In this document: piece after piece, positions 1 through 9,701 of the stretch
How the letters are laid out: the number at the start of each line of letters is the position of its first letter
How positions within the stretch are numbered: the stretch's first letter is position 1
From: Cycas panzhihuaensis
Lineage: Eukaryota > Plantae > Cycadophyta
Length of the DNA: 64,000 bases
Reading direction: 5' to 3'
Assembly: GCA_023213395.1 (NCBI GenBank)
Contig: CM041465.1
Coordinates: 120,163,741-120,227,740, forward strand
The notes under the pieces: generated by a model
Told to the model about the DNA's origin: nothing
Databases searched by the model: none
The model's input: only the letters and a program-made list of their open reading frames with translations
Program-made: the position numbers and the translations under genes

Positions 1-293
1 GGGGGCAGTAGATTTCCCTGAAGAAGGGAAATAGGGTTAATCCACAGTAACACATTTTTGTACAAGCAAGATTCCATCGATTCAATCTAGGCCAAAATTT
101 ATAATAGAGATTCGAAATTGACAGTGTCAAGAAATTATTGCAATTATTTCAACTTATACCAGATGTAATGTATAGATATTGAGTTTGGAGGCACAACTAA
201 TTTGCCCTCCTCATTGCCATTTGTAATGGTGCTTTTTTCTTCATGTGGAAGCTAGAATAATGGCACTTCCTTTATTAGAGATTGTGTTGACAT

Positions 294-480
294 TTGTAGC
301 AAATTGGTGTTATACTTAATGAGTTCACCTTTGCCCACATTCTCTTGGCATATGCCAATTTGGCAATTTCAATCAGATGATTTTATGGTAGCAGTACAAA
401 AGATACTCGTGAAGTATTTGACAAAATGTCCAAGCAAACTACAATAGCAAGGATTGATTTCAAGCTATGCACAAATGGAT
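294..480 (+). pseudogene. PLS-class pentatricopeptide-repeat (PPR) gene relic
   Basis: Manual translation QIGVILNEFTFAHILLAYANLA...KDTREVFDKMSKQTTIA/LISSYAQ matches the PLS-PPR consensus G.KPNEFTFASILSACA.L and DARKVFDKMP....SWN.LISGYAQ. It has stops, a frameshift and an internal deletion. Confidence 0.75.
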
Positions 481-599
481 TGCTTTGTGGCTAGTTCCTT
501 CACCCATTCTTCACTTCAATTGGTGGTTGAAATACATCCTGGTTAGAAGAATGTCAAGAGAATAGAGGTTGTGCGTGTGTGTTTTTTTTTTATTATAAA

Positions 600-959
600 A
601 AATTAAACATTATGGGGGGATGTTGGAATATAATGTTTAATTTATGGGTTATATGTTTAATGTTTAAAGTGATGACATTATGTTAGGGCACAATAAGAGT
701 ATTAGTGTCATGGTTTGGGTTAGTTACAACTTGAGGTTGTGAGCCTATACGTGTGAGGTCTTTTTTACATACACCTCTTTGTAACGTCTTTGTAAGTTGA
801 TCATATAAGGCACCATGTGTCAACTTGCATGATCAACCCTTCATATTCCCATCTCATGTAACGATTTTATATTGTTGTATATGTACACACTTGATTTTTA
901 ATATATCAATAGATCAGTACTTAATTTGTTGTTGTTCACTTTTTAACTCTTGTATATCA
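600..959 (+). mobile_element. Copia-type PPT and 3' LTR (LTR about 621-959), no partner LTR in window
   Basis: PPT ATGGGGGGA directly followed by TGTTGG at 621; T-rich U5-like end ...TATATCA at 959; same architecture as the copia ends at 49998 and 60903. Confidence 0.65.
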
Positions 960-1149
960 AGTGTGTGCAGATTACATGAATGTCTACACCAAACAAGGGC
1001 AATGAAAGGGCCTCAACTCACCTACCAGATAATTATGTAATGTAGACTATAATAGAGTTAGTTGAATTGGTGATTGATATGATATAAAGGTGTCATGAAC
1101 CAGTGATACTCAACGGTTCTTTTCTTCTCAACTTGTATCCTTGAACTCA

Positions 1150-1809
1150 GAATAGGCCAAATGAAAAACATTCAATAACATGATTGATAAGCAGATATTT
1201 TGACAGCTAGGAACTCTTCCTCTTAGATAACCACTACCTCTCAATCTGTCATTACTAGTTTCAACAAATCTGTATGATAAAAAATTGGTACCACAAAGCA
1301 CTTCTAAAATAAAGGCAATACATTGATAATTTCAAACTCCATCTTTAGCACCAATGACTCCTCACACTTCTGAAGCATATGTAGGAAAGTACGCATGATT
1401 TTCTAAGTGAAGAACAAATATCATATAGAGGACGATGCTGTGTTCAAAAAATTGCAATGCTTCTCAAAACAAAACAAGCTCTCAATATCTTTGCATTAAC
1501 ACATATATTCCTGGTATTCCATGTGAGAATTTTTTTTGGTTTGTTTATTTGGCATGTACAGAGACACTTACCACACTCTACTTTTCCACGATGTACATAA
1601 ACATTGAAAGAACATTGGCAAAAAATAGTTCCCAAATGTAATTGAAGTAACTGAATTTTTTGATTTACCTTCCGCTGCAAGGCAGAAAGAATATGATCAA
1701 CTCGCTTCACTTCTTTAAAGTCAATGTTTTCAGTTCCTGTCTTTGCTTCAGGTTTCACACTGTCACTCTCAGTGTCTGAAAACTCCAAAAAAAATGACTC
1801 AGTGCTCAA
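1150..1809 (-). pseudogene. Decayed ORF, possibly a retrotransposon accessory ORF
   Basis: 121-aa ORF 1444-1809 with an acidic N-terminus and a helical segment; coding-like broken continuation (VPIFYHTDLLKLVM...AVKIS). No firm family assignment. Confidence 0.3.
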
Positions 1810-2110
1810 ACGAAAACAGGTTGAAACCGGGATTCTTTATATTAAGCTGAGAAAGACACTGTTTTTCTAGATTAAATCCTGGGAAAGACACTTAGAGTGC
1901 ATTGACTTTGAATATTTTCTTCAAAATTTGGGTCAAGACAAACAAGATCCCAACACATAGACAGACTAATAGACAAAACCATTGCCATGGGGCAGCTACA
2001 GAACACAGAATAACTGAAAGCGTTACTATGGTTGGCATCCCTTATATCCACAAAGATTATACACTTCAAGTAAGAGACATATTAATTCATATCAAGAGAA
2101 ACCCAGCGAA

Positions 2111-2260
2111 CAAAATCTGAAAGAAATGATTATTCAACCAATAAAAGGAACAAGATCAGTTCCAGGAAACTGCACCTTCTGGAAACCCCACAGGCAAAAT
2201 CAGAAAGAAACAATTATTCAACCATTAGAAGGAACAAGATCAATTCCAGGAAACAACATC
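2111..2260. repeat. Imperfect tandem duplication, period 84 bp
   Basis: CAAAATCtGAAAGAAA..ATTATTCAACCA...AAGGAACAAGATCA.TTCCAGGAAAC at 2111 and 2195. Confidence 0.85.
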
Positions 2261-2977
2261 TTTGAGCCTTGAAATACATTTCCAATATGAGAAACACAGA
2301 AATATGTTCTGCCACGCCAAAAACATGATCAAAATTTTCAGTGTGGACCAGAAACATATATGACACATAAAGGATATGTTCAGGTTTCCATTAGAAATTT
2401 CTGAGGGTTGACCCCCCTCTCTCTCTCTCTCGGCCTAATTTTCTGAGGTAACCTTAAAAGCTTTCAGTTTCACCCAAAGGTAGCAATTGTTGGTTCATGT
2501 TCTGAGATCCACTCCAAAATACCAAAAATCACCCCCATCTTCTACGATTACCCTACACACCATGACTATCTATTATATCCCCTATTTTACGGATTACCTC
2601 TTCCTTTAAATTTTTGAATTGTTGCTTCCTCTTCCTCTATTTCCTCTTCTATTTTGTGCAGTGGATGCTTTTCCAGGTTTTTGCTAATTCCTTCAACAAG
2701 TTAGAATAGCAAGATTTTTGGCAAGTAGGTCAAACTTTTATCAATTTTGCAAATTTTAACTTTTAATTTGGGACAAAAGAGACCTACATCAATTTTGAAT
2801 CAGATCTTAGGGATCAAATGCAACCAAGTTAAGAAAAAAAGAGCCACAGAAATTTAATATCATGCATTCCCCAAAAAGCACTATAAAAGCAGAAGCAAGC
2901 TTGATTGCAAATTTTGTACACCACTCTTAAGACCTAATAAACTCTGTTTCCCCTATGAAGAAACCAAGGGTATCCTA

Positions 2978-3210
2978 CATATCAAAATAATATGACATCA
3001 CCCCTAGCACAGCCCACCCTGCCATAACTCAATGGGATTAAGTGCACTTCTCAGAAAGGATTGACTGTGTACCTTGCTGGACCTGGTAAACATTTTCTCT
3101 GGCCCAAGAAGTGATGACAGTATCATATGTATCAAAATACCATGACATCACCCCTAGTACCGGGGGACTGTGTGTGCTTCACAGACAAGATTGAACATGT
3201 GCCTTGCTGG
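2978..3210. repeat. Imperfect direct repeat, period about 150 bp
   Basis: TATCAAAATA..ATGACATCACCCCTAG near 2980 and 3130; GATTGA...TGT.CCTTGCTGG near 3059 and 3189. Confidence 0.7.
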
Positions 3211-4700
3211 GTATAGTACTCATTTACAACTACTAGGCCACAATCTTGAGTATTCGTTTGATCACAATAGATTCAGTAATTTTTTTTTCCTTTTTAAGGA
3301 AAACAATGTGAATCAGGCTATGCAAAGATCGGAAATTTTTTGTGCTGTCACTGGTGCTAGATTCAATTTTTAAAAATCAAAAGTAATTGGTACAATGGAT
3401 GAAAAGCCTAGTTGGGATGATAATTCCTGAAGGTGAAATTAGAAGACTTAGCCACAAAGACCAGCCACTGTCCCATAGAACTGATGACATGTTAGAAGCA
3501 AGTTTCACAAGACAACTGTTTTCATTGGAGTCCACTCAATGCTAATAACATCGTGCAGCAGCTTCAGACTATTTCCAAGGGTTCTCTCCCCTTTCACCAT
3601 CCAACAATCCTACCATGGTCACTGTTTGCTAAATGCCCAGAAGATTGTGTACCAACCAAGCGAATTCAAAGAGTAGTTCCACTACATAAGCAATGGTCCT
3701 CAGCATTTCCAAGGAATGGGGCACCTGCAGGAGTGCAACAATAATCAGAAGCAAGGATAGCACAAGCCACAAATTGGTGGAATGGAATGCGGAAACAATC
3801 CAAGACCACTTTGGTGGGGCCCTTAAATTAAATGTCAAGGAGACGGTATGCCCCAAGGGTGGACAGTCCAGAAACGGCCCAACTGCTCCTAATGCAGAGT
3901 AGCCAATTGATCTCATAGGGAGTAAGAATGCAACAGAAGGATCTTCTAGCGAGGACACTGAACAACTATGCCAGTCACCCAATCAACAATTTAGATCAAA
4001 AACTATGCATAAATTAGAGGAGGTCAACCAAGAGAAATGCAAGTTATCAGACATGGAAGATTGGCCAACAGAATCTTTCCCAAGGGAATACTTGCTTCCA
4101 GAGTCTAGAAATAGTGGGTTGGCCTATCTTGGACACAACAACCAACAATTATTGGCAGGATTACAGGCAGATTTCAAGCAAGTCAAGAACGATGACATAT
4201 CAGACGAAAATGAAGCTAGGGTAGAGGACTTCTTACAGCAACTGACAGCAGGGAAGAGGAAAGTAGCAATTTTTCAGATCATATATTGGTATGTGGCTTG
4301 GTGAGCTATAAAAAACAACAAATGGATGTAAAAGCTTTGAGAGGAATTACAGAGCAAATGCCTGAAGACCTCAAGGACATCATAGTGAAGATTGAGTGTC
4401 AAATTATTAAAAGACAAAGCATGGAAAAACAGTGCTTCAGAGTGAGTAAACAAGCGAAGAAACGGCAGAAGCACTAAGCAGAAATTGGATGAGGAAATGG
4501 AACAAAAAAGACAAATTGTTAGCTAAAGTAACAGAGGCAAGGAATGAGAAAAGGGCTACAGTCTGTAAAAGATTATGAAGATGGTATATTCAATACAGAT
4601 GCTGGAATTAGGTGATTGCAATCAAAGCTTGAGGGCAAACAGAATGCAATCATTGAATTACAGGAGAAACAGATGATGAATTGAAAATTTTGATGGGAAC
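3170..4700 (+). pseudogene. Decayed retrotransposon accessory-type ORF (helical domain, low-complexity linker, coiled-coil C-terminus)
   Basis: Consecutive same-strand ORF fragments; segment FHWSPLNANNIVQQLQTISKGSLPFHHPTIL resembles the 3' ORF of element C (FNWAKFMTQQLLKSLETI); E/K/Q-rich heptad-like region at 4005-4700. Confidence 0.45.
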
Positions 4701-5413
4701 AAGAGTAATAATTTTAAATTTTACACCTTGCTTACTAAGCTTGTACCCCAAGGTACATGTATGCATGCGTTTGGCAAAAGCATCTCATTCGCATTCTAAA
4801 CTCTTAATGGGAGTATTCTTGTTACAACCCACAAGAATGAATGATATAAAATTCTTTCGCTACTAAATTTTTTTGCCCAATTAAATCCAAACTTTACAAA
4901 ACATAATTGCTAAATCCACAAGTTCACAAATGACAACAATTCTCCATCCAATATTTCATATTACATAACAGTTGTATTTTTAAGAAAGAAGATGTTAAAA
5001 TGCATGACAATGTGAAAGAATATTGATAAGAGTATCTAAGAGTAAACCAGAAGAAAACCAAACAACAAAGAGAACCAAACAATATCACTATTCAGGGTGA
5101 GAATGAGATGACTTCCACCATAGACCACCCCACATCCAAACCACAGCTAGAAGTTAACCCATTATGCTAACCATCTTACCCTATTAGTATCATATTTCAT
5201 AAGTGGATGTACTAGACACACCAATTCCAATTGGATTTATTTGAATGCACTAGTAACAATCAACAATGGTACATGCAATAGCTTTCACAATAGGGATACA
5301 CAACAACCGTACTACATGCGGTAGTTTTGACAATAGGGATTACCCATAGCAACCTTTACAATTGTGTTACATGCAGTAGCCTCCTCTAGGTGGAATCCTT
5401 TGGCTTACTTTGA

Positions 5414-5896
5414 TGTAGCACTTCTCACAAGTTAACCTATAGAAGCAAACATCAAAGAACCCCTGCTCAACAATTACCCTCCACCCAATTTACTTCTCCT
5501 TAAATACTACACAGAATAACCACATGAAATGTCATTGAATATGAGGTGAAAATCCATTAGTGAAATGAAGAGTCATGAGTCACGTTGCCCATATGAAATG
5601 AATAGTCACTAATGAGGTGAAGAGTCAAAAGCCACATTGACCGTATGAAGTGAATAGTCACTAATGAGGTGAAGAGTCAAGAGTCACCCCTGGAAGGTCT
5701 TATAAATACCCCTTTCATAAATGATCGCTTCCTCCATTAGACATAATCTCTTTTACGTACCTAAATCCCCCTTAAAGTTACAATAGTAATACATGGTCCC
5801 ATAGAGGATTACAATACATGGCACCTCTTAGGGTTGCAATACATGGTTTGCCTTAGGTTTATAACAAAAATGCATAAATTTTCATGGTGTGTTACA
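5414..5896 (-). mobile_element. Isolated LTR (3' LTR or solo LTR) with internal tandem repeats
   Basis: Termini TGTAGCAC...GTGTTACA (7/8 inverted match); purine tract on the - strand at 5897-5917 adjacent to the LTR start; tandem TATGAA.TGAATAGTCACTAATGAGGTGAAGAGTCAA units at about 5590-5690; no clear 5-bp TSD. Confidence 0.65.
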
Positions 5897-5918
5897 TTGT
5901 CTTTCTCCCTCCCCCACC

Positions 5919-8900
5919 TGTTAGAACCTTCATTTCCTAAGCATTAAGTCTTGACCATAGGTATTAGTATTTTTGTCACTTTAGGCCTTTATCCTAAAGT
6001 GTTTATTTGTTTGATTATAAAATTGTCTTTTGTCTTGTAGTGGCTTTTCTCACATGTGCTTGTGAGAAGTCAACTTTGCAGGGCTCTATCCTTATCCTTG
6101 AAGATAGAAGAGTCCTAATCAGATTTGTCTTTTAGTGTTGATCAATGACATGTGGTGAGATCTTGATCGTCCAAACTCCTTTATAAGAAGCCCTATTTTC
6201 ATGTTTTGGCATATAGTATTGGAGTTAGAGTCATGTTGTTGTAAGTGTCTCTTGTAGGTGAAGTGCTGAGATGAATTCTCCTTCATACTTGTGTTCATGA
6301 TAGGTTGAGTTGAAGTTCAATACTCCTCCCTATTATCCTTTATGTGTTGTACTACATCTTTTCATTAATCTAAAGTGTTTAGTCCTTCATATTTCAATGT
6401 CCTATCTAGTTCCTCAATAGATTTTGGTGCTTGTATCTTTTCCATTTCATCTTTCAATTTGGTATCAAAGCCAAGGCATTTTGAGGAACGAATTCAAGGC
6501 TTCAATTCTCTCCAAGTATGGTGACGACCTTTGCCATACGAAGGCGATCCAACTGGAGCAAGGAGTAATTTCTTGTCAGGTTTATTGTTTGAAGGATTTT
6601 GTTTACACTTATTGCAAATTTTTTTAAGGATCTTTTATGCAAAGTGTTGCATATTTGCATTTTGGAGGACTAATTTTTGGTGAGCAGGAAAAAGGGACAG
6701 TGATAGCAAAATTTGCAGGTGATTGGGAGCTAATCTTCCTGTGTTCTTACATTAGAGCTCAAAGTTTTGTTGTAATCCTTGCATTGTTTTTTGCCAAAGC
6801 TTTGTGTATAAGCAGATCCCTTTGGAGGTTATAAGGGAGAAAAGGTGGTTGTTCAAAACACTCCTCATTCTCATTATTGAGGATTAAAGATTTTATAAAG
6901 TTTTTTTTTAAATCTTTTTTTACCAAAGAGAATTATGTTAAATCTCTTTTTGAGGAGCCTGTTTTTTGAAGAGGAGGTTGATCAAGTGACTGTTTGTAGT
7001 CCTCTTGTTATAGTGGCCTTTTTTTAAAAAAGCTAAACTTTTACAAATTTTTTTCAAGATATTCTCATTAAAGAGAATTTGTATTTAAATCTTTTCTGAA
7101 GGCTTTCACTATGATCAACAACCCTCCTTATGGCCACTTAGTGGCTGTTTCATTTAATGTTTGTTAATAAAACAAACACAAAAATTGCACTGCCTATGGT
7201 GTGATTTCTCTATTGTACTCAGTGTACAAACATCACAGCTCACATGGACTATCTACGAACTGTGTTTCTCCCGTGGCGCTCCTCTTGTGTGACTCTGTCC
7301 GGCTTAGCATAAGACAAGGCTGCTCCATGACTGCTCACATTTGCGGATCTGTTTAGCTCTTCGTAGCATGCTCTTCTGTGGCTCCTCACCTTCATCGTGC
7401 AGTCTCCCGTGTCACTTCGTCTAGAGTCCCTTCATGTGGCTTTGCTAAACAGTTAATCCATGTCCATGCGACCTGCTGTCTTGTCCCTCCATGGACTGCG
7501 TGTACCAGTGGCCCTTTGCGGTTCAGCTCTTGTGGAGGCACCCTATGCATGGCTTCTTTTGGCGGCTCCTGTCCTCATGGCATTCGTGCAGCTTCTCTGT
7601 GTTCCTGCGGCAGGCCCTTGTGTATGCTCTCTATGGCTTTCTTCGTGCTGATTCAACTCCACCTGACCATCCTGTCGGCTCTGCACAGCTGAAGATTTCC
7701 ACTTGTGACCTCCGTCCCACAGCTCCTCCATTGTGATTTAGTCTGGTGTGACTCTCGTTTCTTCCGTTCGCTCATAAGCTACGACTCTGTGCACGTTATT
7801 CCCATCAGCGGCACCTACAATCTCAGCGCACCTAGTAAAATAAATCCTCGGGCGCCCATGGTAAGGAAGTCGCAGCCGCCAGTTTAGGAAGAAATTCGAT
7901 TAATCTATTAGGTTTAATAACCATATGTTATAACATATGGAATATGCTCAAAGCATATTCTTTTTTAAATTTTCTTTTTAAACTTTACATTTCTAAAGTT
8001 TATTTTCATTTTGTCCTCTTAACCTTATTTCATCATTGAAAGAGCTTTGTTTTTGACACTTTGTTTAGTGTGGTAATCACACTAAAACATAAAAAAAATT
8101 GCAATTATTATTTGAATTTAAAATCACTACTTTAAAGTGATTTTATCATCTTTTTTTTGAAAAATTACTCATTTTTAATGACACTAAGTTCTTTTGTGAC
8201 TTAAGTCATTAATTTTGAGTTCAAAAAGGATCAATTTCAAAGTGTGTTTAACACACTATTTTGTACAAATATTCCAAGTGTAAAATAGTGATCTAAACAC
8301 CATTATTTTTTGACTTATTTTAAACCTTAAATTGTACCACTTAAAGGCTTTTTTTTCTCACTGGGCTCCCTACGTGGTGACCCATTTTTAGTGAGAACTC
8401 AACACCAACTACAAAAGGGGACAAAGATCAATAAAAGCTACAAAATTATTTGGTGTGTAGGGATTATTTTTTGATCCCAGGTGTTCATGGTGGACTTACT
8501 TCATTACTGTTTGTTGAAGGCATTAAAATTGTGGTGTTTAGATGTTGTTTATCTCTTCATGAGATCATTGTTTGAACTTAGTTGCATTATCTAATATTCA
8601 GCGCAACTACATTGTATCTTGAAGTCTTTTTTGAAGAAGTTTTCAGCAACAAACAAGGCCTACAAACTCACATTTTTCAGCACTAAATCAACCCACTTTT
8701 AATCATTAAAACATTTAAGTGGGGAGTCTCGAAAAGAATTTCTACTCTTCCTCAAGTGCCGATAACTTGGCCAACGTTGATCCTGCTATCAGGTTGGACA
8801 ACTTGCGAGCCAAACCCTCCATTCCGTCCACAATTGTTCAGTCTCGTACTAATCTTTGTTGGATATTGAGTGGAACTTAAGCGGCATCAACTCAAAGGTT

Positions 8901-9686
8901 TCCAAGTTTCGTCTGGTACTGTAATCAAGATGGCGACTCAGATGCTAAATGCAAATACCATTAAATTAACAGGTGCTGAAAACTATCTTACTTGGAAAAA
9001 GCAAGCAAAAAATTTGTTGATTATGAATGAGTTGTGGGGTTATGTATCAGGCAAAATTGCCAAACCCGAGCCAACTCCTGATCCCGCTAATCCTCAAAAT
9101 TTGATTCCAGCAGATCCTGTTGCATTAGCTTCTTTCAAAGCTAAGGATGAAGTTGCGCTTGTCTTTATTCATCTGTCAGTCAGTGATAATGTTGATCAGA
9201 ATATTGAATATGCTTCAACTTCTAAAATTGCTTGGGACATAATTGTTTCTTTGTATGAACGAAAAGATGATGCAAGAATTGTCATGTATAAAGCAAAATT
9301 ATTCAATCTGAAGTATGTTGCTCCAATGGCAGTCTATTTATCTTCAAATAAGGCCATCAGTAATCAACTGACAGCGCTTGGTAAACCAGTCTCAAATGAA
9401 AACTTGATTACTGCGACAATTCATGCTTTACCAAAAGAATATAATGGTTTTATTTCTGACATTTCACGAAATGGCACTTTGTCAATTCTAACTTTCAATG
9501 AGTTAGAACATTTATTGCTGCAAGAAGAAGAAATTTATTCGCGGCAAGATGAGACAAGCACACCATGTGCTTTTTCCGTGAAGTTCAAACCTAAGAAGCA
9601 ATTTTAGCCCAAGCAGAATTTTCTGAAAAAATTTGGCAGTCTTAGTGTAAAATCAAAGACTATCATCTGTCATTATTGTGCCAAAG
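5919..9686 (+). mobile_element. Ty1/copia element A, 5' portion: LTR 5919-6456, tRNA-iMet PBS 6460-6472, about 2.45-kb leader, gag; truncated
   Basis: TGTTAGAACC...TTTCA followed by TGGTATCAAAGCC; gag homologous to elements B and H; ends within the zinc knuckle (CHYCAK). Confidence 0.9.
8930..9686 (+). pseudogene. gag: Copia Gag (UBN2-type), one premature stop at 9605, truncated at zinc knuckle
   Basis: MATQMLNANTIKLTGAENYLTWK...ELWGYVSG...AWD...LPKEY...LLQEE. Confidence 0.9.
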
Positions 9687-9701
9687 TTCCAAGATCTTTA
9701 A

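Noticed and set aside
5590-5690. Repeat units here and at 21566-21734 and 47684-47877 as CRISPR-like arrays
   Set aside because: Units are wholly homologous tandem repeats without unique spacers; plant TE context and no cas genes.
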